This document shows, one piece after another, positions 45,001-54,261 of a stretch of DNA of 64,000 nucleotides (position 1 is the first letter of the stretch; every line of letters begins with the position of its first letter). The stretch spans positions 128,001 to 192,000 of the forward strand of contig OY729416.1 of assembly GCA_963422265.1 (NCBI GenBank), written 5' to 3'. The DNA comes from Thermodesulfobacteriota bacterium (lineage in GTDB: Bacteria; Desulfobacterota_D; UBA1144; Nemesobacterales; UBA2774). The notes under the pieces are model-generated. The model was not told the DNA's origin. It did no database searches and saw nothing but the letters and a program-made list of their open reading frames with translations. A program made the translations under genes and the position numbers.

Positions 45001-45974
45001 TCTTCAAGCCCAATCCTTATGACGTTACAGCAAGGTTAGACGGCGAACTAGATATTAAGGGAAAGCGGTTAAAAACTCATATCAATGGTGACCTTAAGGC
45101 TAAGGGTTTGAGAGTGGTTATATCCGGGAAACCACAAAGGTATATTGAGGATGTCAAATTTGTCCAAGAGGACGACGGTGATCAGGAAGGTTTTATATTC
45201 GCCGGTGAGAAGTCTGATAGTCGCTACAGAAGATTAGTCTCTGTGGATTTAAGGTTGGATATTGCTGAGGATTCTTGGATCAAGAGCAGCAGGGCGGATA
45301 TTGAGATAGAGGGGCAGCTTAACGTAAGCAAACGTTACGGGGGGGGCAACGTAGTGACTGGTAACGTTGAGGCGGTCAAGGGTAGCTATCTGTTTATGGG
45401 CAAGCTCTTCAGTATTATTCAAGGAGGCATCATGAATTTTAGCGGAAAAGAGGTAATTGATCCACTTCTTGGCGTGAGAGCGATTTATGACGTGTCGAAT
45501 GTTGAAGTCTATGTAAACGTTACTGGCACCATGCGAGACCCAGAGATTAGCTTGTCTAGCGATCCTTCTATGGAAAAGAATGAAATAATGTCATATTTAA
45601 TCTTTGGCACTTCGTCCGACGAGCTTTCTACCAATGAGCGTATATCTTTTCAGCAACGGGCGGGGGAGTTCTTGAGCTCAATGGCGGTTGATGAGATAAG
45701 GGACGTATTTGGTGATCAGTTTGCACTTGACGTCATAACAATCAAGGGCTGGCAGCCCGGTTTCAGAGACACTTATTTTGAGTTAGGAAAGTATATTACA
45801 AAGGATTTATACGTTGGATACGAGCGTTATTTTTTTAGTCCCGGAGCTTCCCTTCCCGACGTGGCTGCGAACAGGGCTATTGTTGAATATAGGATGCTTG
45901 ATTACCTGACTCTTGAGACTGAGATAGGGGGTGCTGAGTCGGGCGCGGACTTATTTTTTAATTTTGATTACTGA
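42078..45974 (+). CDS. TamB/AsmA-like translocation and assembly module protein
   Basis: N-terminal TM, long beta-rich body, C-terminal VTGTMRDPEISLSSDPSM...SYLIFG...ELGKYITKDLYVGY...GADLFFNFDY. Confidence 0.85.
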   Translation: MRMRPKIFKPIAVLLLVLALLVATFYIVIQTHFFNQITRNVLNSFVTELTDQGFAIGSIDGNLLHGFTLRDVSFRIEGREFIECKGISIGYSLPLMLDRSTLFRRVFSVDEVSLTGVRVNLIRYSDGAWNFEKIKSFGRKEQAPLGWSIFLNSTNINDLIITVSDPLKEKSNKYEFRNVDASVKIHRAIERVDLKLKDGEVVFTSQISGSDTNELRLDGVSANASYSALEYVDTLDVKSLNFNFRGFQISAESKIKDLKSPKFEFRATAGGIRLGNIVNANIELSGVGEHSKHNPLRVQSKARLLDSLLIGQEVLGDINSIDIDGGEIEFRGGKINTDFGSASFNGTLFLTELMGVKQSNNFAFDVSIDSLEMKEILDFIKETKGVNSNSPIGAVNTDIYKGSDAELNAYLNVLGNWGESDSLEASVVVSNLDLRSGDSGEVNLKGPITITNSGVQYELDAGFLNVNLATVFKNEGYISNINSKFRLRGFLPYGKDLLSRLEGSVKGEVFQSEILGIGLKRGIIDAFYGANFLNVESLLIESDKLNLEANGAIGDSQNVGISYDLDVADLRLLSIFLDNTDYEGRLQVSGDLKGAMRSLETSLFAKISDFKSEKYRFVAKKIEITGSSNFDLADLRLNASGKLGEISIRGRDFSTIDIDAKGKSSVLGGEIRVSETVNRNYSASFTLRDLQDEEVSLELSKVVLNVQDVLLKNRKPIILTFIKNKLSVSSLNLYQGDNFIIGDIELGDKVVANMRSRKMRLSSLLDVLNAPFSLKGLVSGKIAFGGSLEGIDVSADLVAENLEYMAFKSDALRLSLLFVDDDLNVSLSMNNDSERVLSATAKAHVDPKWKNFEEIIENAPFDARVQSKGIDISLLSLLHPKLTSIKGRLFADVSARGDGQNPDIAGSFELKDVSLKTVYMRNKINIESVVLDVRGMRGVLRPFHIDTGGGKGLFEGEIDFRDMSYVAKGRMFELFFKPNPYDVTARLDGELDIKGKRLKTHINGDLKAKGLRVVISGKPQRYIEDVKFVQEDDGDQEGFIFAGEKSDSRYRRLVSVDLRLDIAEDSWIKSSRADIEIEGQLNVSKRYGGGNVVTGNVEAVKGSYLFMGKLFSIIQGGIMNFSGKEVIDPLLGVRAIYDVSNVEVYVNVTGTMRDPEISLSSDPSMEKNEIMSYLIFGTSSDELSTNERISFQQRAGEFLSSMAVDEIRDVFGDQFALDVITIKGWQPGFRDTYFELGKYITKDLYVGYERYFFSPGASLPDVAANRAIVEYRMLDYLTLETEIGGAESGADLFFNFDY

Positions 45975-45993
45975 GATGCCATTGACTTGAAAT

Positions 45994-47181
45994 TCAGCTG
46001 GTTTTCAGCAATCTCCTTATCCCTCGAACGGCTTGTGTAATTCTTTGCTCGTTTTCAACTAAAGCGAGTCTGATAAATCCTTCCCCGTAATTTCCAAAGC
46101 CAACGCCGGGTGAAACGGCTACTTTGGCTTTCTCTATTAACAATTTTGAGAACTCTAGCGAGCCCATTTTTCTGAAGTTCTCTGGTATTTCTGCCCAAAC
46201 AAACATAGTTCCTCTCGGTCTTGGAATATGCCAGCCTGCTTTTCTAAGTCCGTCTATAAGCCTGTTTCTCCTCTGCCTGTAGGTTTCTCTAATATGGTCT
46301 ATACAGTCTTGTGGTCCATTTAAGGAGGCTATTCCCGCTACTTGAATGGGAGTAAATATACCGTAATCCATGTAGCTCTTTATACGCTTGAGCGCAGATA
46401 CTATCCCCGCGTTTCCTAACATGAAACCCACGCGCCAGCCAGGCATGCTATAACTTTTTGAGAGCGAGTAAAATTCGACTCCTACTTCTTTAGCCCCTGG
46501 AATTTGAAGAAAGCTAGGGGCTTTGTAACCGTCATAGCAAAGCTCAGCGTATGCGAAATCGTGGACTACGATGAGCCCTGCTTCCCTTGCGAGCTCATAA
46601 ATATCTTTGAAGAAATCTAAGTCCACTACACCGGTCGTCGGATTGTTAGGAAATGACAATGTAAGTGCTTTAGGCTTGGGCCAAGTCTCGTTAACAACCT
46701 TTTCGATTGATTTGATCAGTTCAGTTCCTTGTCCGAGCGGGATGCTATGCACGTCGCCTCTGGCTATAATGACCGAATACGTATGAATTGGATAAGCCGG
46801 GTTTGGAACAATGACGATGTCTCCTGGGGAAAGGATGGACATCATCAGATGAGTTATGCCCTCCTTAGAGCCTATTGTTACGACCGATTCGGTTTCTGGA
46901 TCAAGTTCCACGTCATAATTTCTTTTGTACCAGTCGCATATAGCGAGTCTTAGTTTTGGAATCCCCGCCGACGCTGAGTATCTATGAGCTCTAGGGTCTT
47001 GCGAAGTTTCTATAAGTTTATTCACTATGTGCCCTGGTGTTTGAAGGTCAGGGTTGCCCATTCCGAGATCTATTATGTCTTTTCCCCTTGACCTAGCTTT
47101 ATGCTTAAGCTCATTTACTATATTGAATACGTAAGGTGGAAGCCTTCTAATAAGTGAGAACTCTTCTGGAGAAAAATTCAT
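45994..47181 (-). CDS. AlaC-like PLP aminotransferase (class I/II)
   Basis: RRLPPYVF, DLGMGNPD, TIGSKEG, HDFAY, SLSKSYSMPGWRVG, ALVENEQRI. Confidence 0.9.
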   Translation of the reverse strand: MNFSPEEFSLIRRLPPYVFNIVNELKHKARSRGKDIIDLGMGNPDLQTPGHIVNKLIETSQDPRAHRYSASAGIPKLRLAICDWYKRNYDVELDPETESVVTIGSKEGITHLMMSILSPGDIVIVPNPAYPIHTYSVIIARGDVHSIPLGQGTELIKSIEKVVNETWPKPKALTLSFPNNPTTGVVDLDFFKDIYELAREAGLIVVHDFAYAELCYDGYKAPSFLQIPGAKEVGVEFYSLSKSYSMPGWRVGFMLGNAGIVSALKRIKSYMDYGIFTPIQVAGIASLNGPQDCIDHIRETYRQRRNRLIDGLRKAGWHIPRPRGTMFVWAEIPENFRKMGSLEFSKLLIEKAKVAVSPGVGFGNYGEGFIRLALVENEQRITQAVRGIRRLLKTS

Positions 47182-47376
47182 TTGCGTTCCTAGTGTGTTT
47201 AGGGGATATTGTATTCTAACTACTTTATAATCTCAACTATGGTTTTTGTTATTAAAAGTGGACTATCTAAAGAAGTTTATGTAGAGAAGTCAATGTTTCC
47301 ACAGGTTTACCTGTATTGCTCCTGTATTGCTAAGGTCTATACGCTTTCCACAATCTTTATGCTAAAGTTCTAAGAG

Positions 47377-48051
47377 ATGGGTATCAGGTTAACTTTATTT
47401 GCGCTGGCTCTTCCGATTCTTTTCTCTTGTGGGGTGAGGAAGCCTGTTTATCCTATGCCCGATACTTATAAAAAACCCCCTGTGGAAGGCTATGTAAAGG
47501 GACTTACCCAGATAGGTATAGCCTCTTGGTATGGAATAGAAGAGCATAATAGAAAGGCGGCGAGCGGCGAGCGTTTTAGCAAACACGCCTATACCGCTGC
47601 TCATAAAACTCTTCCTATGGATACCGTAGTGAGGGTCACAAACCTAGAGAATGGAAGGGACGTGATTGTAAAGATAAATGATAGGGGACCCTTTATTCCT
47701 AGACGTATTATTGATCTATCCTACGCGGCTGCTAAGTCTATTGATATGATTCAAGCGGGGACAGTAAAGGTAAAAGTTGAAATTATATCAACCCCGTCTG
47801 GCAGGAGCGGTAGCTACTTTGATCCCCAATATACGGTTCAGGCGGGTTCTTATAGAGATAGTCAAAACGCTCGCGCCATAAAGGAAAAGCTGGATCGCAA
47901 TTATGAGAAGGTGAGGGTTGAGTCAACGGATATTAAAGGAGATAAGTATTATCGCGTTAGGGTAGGCTGGTTTTCTAATAAGCGAGACGCGGATAGAGTC
48001 GCTTCACAGTTAAGGAGAGGGGGTTATCGCGCGAGGGTAATACTGGAATAA
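47377..48051 (+). CDS. rlpA: Septal ring lytic transglycosylase RlpA with SPOR domain
   Basis: Lipobox LFSC, GIASWYG, TAAHKTLP, INDRGPF, RIIDLSYAAA, C-terminal SPOR domain. Confidence 0.95.
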   Translation: MGIRLTLFALALPILFSCGVRKPVYPMPDTYKKPPVEGYVKGLTQIGIASWYGIEEHNRKAASGERFSKHAYTAAHKTLPMDTVVRVTNLENGRDVIVKINDRGPFIPRRIIDLSYAAAKSIDMIQAGTVKVKVEIISTPSGRSGSYFDPQYTVQAGSYRDSQNARAIKEKLDRNYEKVRVESTDIKGDKYYRVRVGWFSNKRDADRVASQLRRGGYRARVILE

Positions 48052-48071
48052 CGCGTGGATGGTTTTTCACT

Positions 48072-48935
48072 GTGGATAGTTTTGTAAAATCGCACGGGCT
48101 TGGCAATGACTACCTAGTATTAGATCAAGCGGATATATCGTTTGATCTGACGCTAGAGGTGATAAAACTGCTATGTCATAGAAATTATGGGATAGGCTCG
48201 GATGGAATACTGCTTCTCGTCTCTTCAGACTCAGCCGATTTTGGACTTAGGATACTTAATCCTGACGGCAGCGAGGCGGAAAAGAGTGGGAATGGGCTTA
48301 GGATTTTCGCTAAATACTTATACGAACACGGTCATACTGCAGAGGAGACGTTTCAGATAGAAACCCTGGGCGGTATTGTTACTGCGGATTTAGAAATAAT
48401 GAACGGAGGCGCTCCCTTCATTACCGTCGAGATGGGTGAAGCCACGTTCGATAGCTTCTCTATACCCGTTCAGGGTAAAGAAAGGGAGGTCGTAAACGAA
48501 GAGATATGCGTAAATGGGCAGATATTGAAATTCACTGCAGTTTCTGTTGGCAATCCACATTGCGTCATTTTTGTAGATAATCTTGATGAGAATTATATGA
48601 AGAAGGTTGGACCCCTAATTGAAAACCATCAGGCGTTTCCAAACCGGATAAACGTTCAATTTGCAAAACTGCTCTCAAGGAATAGGGTTGAGATACTGAT
48701 ATGGGAGCGAGGCGCCGGGTACACCCTGGCGTCAGGTAGCAGCTCCTGCGCCGTAGCCTCCGCTTGCGTTAAGAACGGTTTTACTGATAATAGCGTGAGC
48801 GTTTCGATGCCGGGCGGAGGGCTTGATATTGAGATAAGGAAAGACTGGTCTATAAAGATGCGCGGTCCCGCGGAAGAGATCGCTCACGGCGTGCTGAGCC
48901 AGAATATACTTGATAAGATAAGGGCTTTGCCCTAA
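48072..48935 (+). CDS. dapF: Diaminopimelate epimerase
   Basis: KSHGLGNDY, NPDGSEAEKSGNG, VGNPH, WERGAGYTLASGSS; both canonical catalytic Cys positions read Ser. Confidence 0.9.
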   Translation: MDSFVKSHGLGNDYLVLDQADISFDLTLEVIKLLCHRNYGIGSDGILLLVSSDSADFGLRILNPDGSEAEKSGNGLRIFAKYLYEHGHTAEETFQIETLGGIVTADLEIMNGGAPFITVEMGEATFDSFSIPVQGKEREVVNEEICVNGQILKFTAVSVGNPHCVIFVDNLDENYMKKVGPLIENHQAFPNRINVQFAKLLSRNRVEILIWERGAGYTLASGSSSCAVASACVKNGFTDNSVSVSMPGGGLDIEIRKDWSIKMRGPAEEIAHGVLSQNILDKIRALP

Positions 48936-48967
48936 TTATTTTTATATGCTTTTCAAACAGCGTATCC

Positions 48968-50248
48968 ATGAAAAAGATATTATTGGTAGCTGATACGATA
49001 CTTCCTATTTCATCGCCTCCCCTAAAGAATTCAGCAGTTCTCGTAGTCAACGGAAAGATAAGGGGTATTGGGGTGACTACGAAAATGAAGAAGGAAAATA
49101 AAGGCGTTCAGTTATTGGAGCTTGGGCGCGGAATACTTATGCCGGGTTTTATAAATGCCCATACTCACCTTGAACTAGGGTGGGTTCAGAGGAAGATTAA
49201 GAGCTTTAGTGGATTTACGTCTTGGCTACGCCAAATAATAAGCGCAAAAAGAGGAGGCATTTCAAATGAGGAGATACAAGATTCGGTAAGAGATGGAATT
49301 AGAGCGCTTATTAGAAGTGGAGTTACTACGGTTGGAGAGGTTTCATCCTACGGCGGTATAGACGCCCCTATATTAAAAGAATACGGTATTAGAACAGTTC
49401 TTTTCAAAGAGGTTCTTGATAGTAGGCAAGCCGCTGCCGATTTTGATAATTTTGAGAGAACGGAGATTTTTGAAGAGAGGCTCTTTCCTCATGCTCCCTA
49501 TTCATGCACGCCCGAGCTTTTAGAGAAGAGCTTAATCTCTCATAAGAAAAGCCTGACGCCCCTTGGGATTCATCTGGCTGAGAGCCCAGATGAGATTGAA
49601 TTCGTAAGGAGAAAATCGAACGGTTTTGAGAGAGAAATTTTTCCACTAATAGACAAAAAATCTGTTATGCGCGTTGAGGCTGATACGCCTTTTTTGTATT
49701 TGAAGGGACTAGGATTTTTTGATTCGACTAAGATCACCACTGTTCACATGGTTCACGTGAATTCTGATGAAGTTAAGGAAATAAAAGAAAATGACGTGGG
49801 GGTTGTTCTATGTCCCAGGAGTAACATGTTTCTTCAAGTGGGAATTCCTCCTGTAGGTGAGTACTCAGAACTGCAAAGGGTAGGTTTGGGGACGGATAGT
49901 TTGTCAAGCAATTACAACCTAGACTTTTTTGAAGAAGTGAGAGCTCTTCATATGCTTACATCTAACGCCATAGGACGCGAATCTGCTTTCAAGACGGTTT
50001 ATACCGCAACTTTGGGTGGTGCCAAGGCTTTGTTTCTTGAGAATAAAATCGGCAGTATTGAGGAAGGGAAGGATGCTGATCTCATTTTTCTTAATTCCCA
50101 AACTGGCTCAGGCATTGATCCCTATCTCTCGGTAATCTGCTCAACCTGTGATAATCTTGAGTTTCTTATGGTTAGGGGAAAAACTATATTCGAGAATAAA
50201 TCCGCGAAGGTATTAAGCGGAGGGTATGCGGAGATGCGTCTGAGTTAA
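48968..50248 (+). CDS. Metal-dependent amidohydrolase (candidate aminodeoxyfutalosine deaminase)
   Basis: PGFINAHTHLEL, PHAPYS, HLAES..E, CPRSN, GTDSLSSN; mqnA/mqnD are nearby. Confidence 0.8.
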   Translation: MKKILLVADTILPISSPPLKNSAVLVVNGKIRGIGVTTKMKKENKGVQLLELGRGILMPGFINAHTHLELGWVQRKIKSFSGFTSWLRQIISAKRGGISNEEIQDSVRDGIRALIRSGVTTVGEVSSYGGIDAPILKEYGIRTVLFKEVLDSRQAAADFDNFERTEIFEERLFPHAPYSCTPELLEKSLISHKKSLTPLGIHLAESPDEIEFVRRKSNGFEREIFPLIDKKSVMRVEADTPFLYLKGLGFFDSTKITTVHMVHVNSDEVKEIKENDVGVVLCPRSNMFLQVGIPPVGEYSELQRVGLGTDSLSSNYNLDFFEEVRALHMLTSNAIGRESAFKTVYTATLGGAKALFLENKIGSIEEGKDADLIFLNSQTGSGIDPYLSVICSTCDNLEFLMVRGKTIFENKSAKVLSGGYAEMRLS

Positions 50249-50281
50249 TCTGCGTCCAAACATGGAAAACAAGAATCCAAA

Positions 50282-50980
50282 ATGAAAGTCGTAATGGTCC
50301 CGGTAAAGGATTTATCCAAAGCCAAAGAGAGGCTTTCTTCTCTCTTGTCGCAGGAGCAAAGAACTAAGCTTGCTTATGCAATGCTAGAGGACGTGCTTAA
50401 CGCACTTAAGGGATCAAAGCAGGCTGACCGCCTATTTGTCGTAACAATGGACGGGCGAGCCATAAATATGGCGGAAGATATGGGCATAGAGACAATACTG
50501 GAAACTGAGCAGAAGGGAGAAAGCGAGTCGGTGGATTACGCCTCTAGCTTGTGTAACGATATGGGTGCTGAGTCGGTTTTGGTGGTGCCGGGAGACGCTC
50601 CACTTATCACTTCTGAGGATATAGACTCAATTTTTGAGAAGGAGGAGGATTCTCCGTCGGTAATCTTAATACCGGCGAGAGACGAGATGGGCACGAACGC
50701 CATATTGCGGAAACCGCCCGATGCAATCCCGTCGCGTTTTGGAAGTGATAGCTTCAGAAAACATAAGAGAGAGGCAGAGAGAAAAAATATACCGTGCAAA
50801 ACATATGAAAATGCCAGAATAGCGCTTGATATTGACAACCCCGAAGATCTAAAAGAGTTTATATCTCGCGAAAGCGATACAAGGGCTTATAAAGAGTTTT
50901 GCGGAATGGCTAGGTTATTCGCTATACATCCGGACGTGCAGTCTTGCCTGAGCGCATTAAGTGAGCAGAATGATTCGTAG
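50282..50980 (+). CDS. cofC: 2-phospho-L-lactate/PEP guanylyltransferase (F420 biosynthesis)
   Basis: VPVKDLSKAKERLS, AMLEDVL, PGDAPL, GTNA, FGSDSFRKH, LDIDNPEDL. Confidence 0.88.
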   Translation: MKVVMVPVKDLSKAKERLSSLLSQEQRTKLAYAMLEDVLNALKGSKQADRLFVVTMDGRAINMAEDMGIETILETEQKGESESVDYASSLCNDMGAESVLVVPGDAPLITSEDIDSIFEKEEDSPSVILIPARDEMGTNAILRKPPDAIPSRFGSDSFRKHKREAERKNIPCKTYENARIALDIDNPEDLKEFISRESDTRAYKEFCGMARLFAIHPDVQSCLSALSEQNDS

Positions 50981-51051
50981 ATGAAGCTCTTGTCATTTCT
51001 CTTTACGCTTTTTCAGCTTATAAGCATTCGTCTAATTTCTTATAAACGAAA

Positions 51052-52485
51052 TCAATAATTCAGGTTGGTGACCATAAGTTTTAATTCGGTCATTTCCTCA
51101 ATAGCGTGTTTTATACCTTCTTTTCCAATTCCTGAGTCTTTTACTCCGCCGTAGGGCATATTCTCAACCCTGAAGCTCGGATAATCGTTCACTACTACCC
51201 CGCCTACTTCTAGGGTTTCATAAGCCTTAAAAGCCTTCTTGAAGTCTTTTGTGAATACGCCTGCCTGAAGCCCATAGCGAGAGTTGTTGACATAATTTAG
51301 CGCGTCGTCAAAATTTTTATATTTCTCTACGTGCACAACGGGTCCAAAAATTTCGTTGCAGCTAAGGTTGGCGTTCGGGCAAACATCCGTTAATACGGTG
51401 GGATCAATTAACCTGCCATCCCTTTCGCCGCCTGCTAGCAACGTTGCTCCATCGTTTAGGGCTTGTTCAATCCAATTGGTTATCCTGTTTGCCGATTCGT
51501 CGTCTATTACGGGGCCGACGTCCGTGTCTTCAAACATAGGGTCGCCTAGCTTGAGCTTCTTAGTCTCACCTATGAATCTATCTATAAACTTATCGAAGAT
51601 TCTTTCCTGAACGTAAATTCTCTGCACCGATATGCAGCTCTGGCCAGCTTGATAAAAGGCTCCCCAAGCGTTTCTACTTGCAGCGAAGTCTAGGTCAGGC
51701 GGGTCATCTATAATGCTCGCGGCGTTGCCACCAAGTTCAAGCGTAACCCTTTTCTTTGGATACTTGGCTTTAAGCGTCCAGCCGATCTCATCACTTCCAG
51801 TAAAGGAAACCTTCCTTATTCTGTAATCATCCATTATGGGTTCTATCTGGGCTCCCGGAAGGGTCAGTATATTGAGCAGTCCCTCTGGCAAGCCTGCTTC
51901 AATTGCTATCTCTCCCAGCATTAAGGCGGAGATCGGGGTTTGAGACGCAGGTTTAAGGATCATTGCATTTCCTGATGCAATGGAAGGTGCTACTTTATGA
52001 GCTACTAGATTAAGGGGAAAATTAAAAGGGGATATACCAACTACTACGCCGAGTGGGAATCTTCTTGTAATACCGAACATGCCCTCGTTACCAGGGACAA
52101 TGTCAATGGGAATAAGCTCCCCCTCGCAGAAGCGGTTAGCTTCTTCGGCTGCCATGGAGAAAGTAGTCATAGCCCTTTCAACTTCAACCCTGGCGGTTTT
52201 TATAGGCTTTCCCGCCTCCATAACCAAGACTTTCTCAAATTCTTCTTTCTTATCCGCTATGCCATCTACGATACGTTTAAGTATTTTATTTTTTGCGTAA
52301 GAGGGGCTTTTTTTGAATTTATCAAACGCCCTCTCGGCGTGACTTATTGAGTCCTTAGCCTTCTCCAAATCAGGAATGCTTACTACGCCCGCCGCCTCGC
52401 CGTTGTAAGGGCTTCTTATCTCTCTTTTTTTATCGCCTTCTATCCACTCACCGTTAATTAAATAACCATACTCTTTATGAGACAT
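51052..52485 (-). CDS. Aldehyde dehydrogenase family protein
   Basis: PFNFPLNLVAHKVAP, FTGS, LELGGN, GQSCIS, EIFGP, MPYGGVKDSG. Confidence 0.95.
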   Translation of the reverse strand: MSHKEYGYLINGEWIEGDKKREIRSPYNGEAAGVVSIPDLEKAKDSISHAERAFDKFKKSPSYAKNKILKRIVDGIADKKEEFEKVLVMEAGKPIKTARVEVERAMTTFSMAAEEANRFCEGELIPIDIVPGNEGMFGITRRFPLGVVVGISPFNFPLNLVAHKVAPSIASGNAMILKPASQTPISALMLGEIAIEAGLPEGLLNILTLPGAQIEPIMDDYRIRKVSFTGSDEIGWTLKAKYPKKRVTLELGGNAASIIDDPPDLDFAASRNAWGAFYQAGQSCISVQRIYVQERIFDKFIDRFIGETKKLKLGDPMFEDTDVGPVIDDESANRITNWIEQALNDGATLLAGGERDGRLIDPTVLTDVCPNANLSCNEIFGPVVHVEKYKNFDDALNYVNNSRYGLQAGVFTKDFKKAFKAYETLEVGGVVVNDYPSFRVENMPYGGVKDSGIGKEGIKHAIEEMTELKLMVTNLNY

Positions 52486-52505
52486 CCCTATTTCCCTTGC
52501 GCCGG

Positions 52506-53339
52506 CTAAGCGTTTAGCACGTCAAGCTTAGCCTTTTCTTTGATTATTTCTTTCTCATACGCCCTCTGAAATAGATATTCCAGAGCACCTTTACCTTTTT
52601 CCCCCAAATCTCTGGTGTATTCGTTTACGTACATCAGCACAAATTGCTCTCCTACTTCTTCCTGCATTCCCCTTCCGTAAAACATAGCATATTCGAGGGC
52701 TTCTTTTACGTGAGAAAGGGCGTATTCTATGCTTTCTTTATGCACCCGTAGGATTTGTTTCTGCAAATCCTTGTCAATGTCTCTCCTTACTACGTTTAAT
52801 CCCAAAGGAATGGGTAGAGACGTTTCTTTTGCCCAGAGCTTCCCTAAATCGCAAATCAAATTCAACCCAAAATCCTTATACGTGAGTTGTCCTTCATGTA
52901 TAAGCAGCCCAGTTTCGATTTCTCCCTTGCTTACGGCAGGCATTACCTCGTCAAAGGGCATTTCAACGGGAATAAATCCCTCTGCGTAAATGCTCAACAA
53001 GAGGAAAGCGGAGGTGAGCTTGCCCGGAACGCCTATTTCTCTACCTTCTAGATTGTCGATGGGAGTTTTAGATACGACTATGGGTCCATATCCCTCTCCC
53101 ATACTCGCCCCACAGGCTAGAATTCTGTAGCTATCTTGCACTTTTAGGTATCCATGGGCAGATATCGCCGTCACTTCAAGCTCTTTGTTTAAGGCACGTT
53201 GGTTAAGGGATTGTATATCTTCTATAACGTGAATAAAGTTTATTTTATCGCATCGCACTTTCTCTTTCGCAATTGCATAAAACATAAAGGCGTCATCTGC
53301 GTCGGGGCTATGCCCGAGTCGCATAGTGATTTTGCTCAA
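52506..53339 (-). CDS. mqnD: 1,4-dihydroxy-6-naphthoate synthase (futalosine pathway)
   Basis: GHSPDADDAFMFYA, GEGYGP, LLIHEGQLTY, MYVNEYT. Confidence 0.9.
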   Translation of the reverse strand: MSKITMRLGHSPDADDAFMFYAIAKEKVRCDKINFIHVIEDIQSLNQRALNKELEVTAISAHGYLKVQDSYRILACGASMGEGYGPIVVSKTPIDNLEGREIGVPGKLTSAFLLLSIYAEGFIPVEMPFDEVMPAVSKGEIETGLLIHEGQLTYKDFGLNLICDLGKLWAKETSLPIPLGLNVVRRDIDKDLQKQILRVHKESIEYALSHVKEALEYAMFYGRGMQEEVGEQFVLMYVNEYTRDLGEKGKGALEYLFQRAYEKEIIKEKAKLDVLNA

Positions 53340-53357
53340 AGTTTATATCTCCTTTAT

Positions 53358-54155
53358 TTATGGATAGGTTTTCACTTGGTCTATGCTCTCGCAAGTCCCT
53401 AGTTGCTCAAGATACTTACTATACGTAATCATACCTTGCTTTTCCTTTTCCCCAAGATCGTATCTTATTCTATCGTTTAAGTAATTAAAACAAGTCTCTT
53501 CGTCCATACCGATTTTCACTGACTCGAGCTTCGCAATCTCTCTTATCCTATCAATTCCATACTCTTTGGCTTCTTGGAGTGCCTTTAGATTTTTTCCCAG
53601 CTCCACTCCTTCATTTACGGCGAATGCCGCATATACGAATGGGAGTCCTGTGTTGCTTGTCCATGCTTGTCCAAGGTCTATTACTTTGTATCCACATGGA
53701 CTATCGTATCTTTTCTTAAGCCCTTCGTTCCCAATTATCATCCCGCCGTCAACGCCGTCTAAAAACCCTTTAGTAACGTCTCTTGCAAGATATTTTGGGG
53801 AAGAAAGCTCATAGAATAACTCAAGCACTATTCTAAGCAGAGCTGTTGAACTTTGAGACCTTCTATCCACCGCCACGGTTTTTATATCTCTCATATCCTT
53901 ATTCAAAAGAAGGATAACGCTGTCAACCTCTCCATAAGAAGAGATGGATATGTTTGGCACTAAGGAGTAATTCTTCCTTTGTAGCAGTTCTGCTACTGGA
54001 ATAAGACCGAGGTCAATCTCTTTTCTAAGAGCCATTTCCGACAGTAAAGACGGAGGCGTAGCTACAATTTCAAAATCGTTTTCTATCAGATTGTTCTCGA
54101 GCGCAAATGTAAGCGGCTTTGCATTTAAGAAGGATACCGAGCCTAGCTTTATCAA
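53358..54155 (-). CDS. mqnA: Chorismate dehydratase (futalosine pathway)
   Basis: GSVSFLNAKPL, GEVDSV, SQSS, IG, DLGQAW...TGLPFVYA. Confidence 0.9.
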   Translation of the reverse strand: MIKLGSVSFLNAKPLTFALENNLIENDFEIVATPPSLLSEMALRKEIDLGLIPVAELLQRKNYSLVPNISISSYGEVDSVILLLNKDMRDIKTVAVDRRSQSSTALLRIVLELFYELSSPKYLARDVTKGFLDGVDGGMIIGNEGLKKRYDSPCGYKVIDLGQAWTSNTGLPFVYAAFAVNEGVELGKNLKALQEAKEYGIDRIREIAKLESVKIGMDEETCFNYLNDRIRYDLGEKEKQGMITYSKYLEQLGTCESIDQVKTYP

Positions 54156-54261
54156 AGTATCTCCTGATTCAGCGCTTTATTGGGTGACAATTAGACGTAG
54201 CGCCTTAATGCTTCGTGAAAGTATTGCAATTAAAGCCATAAGTTGCCAGAGTCTTATATTC

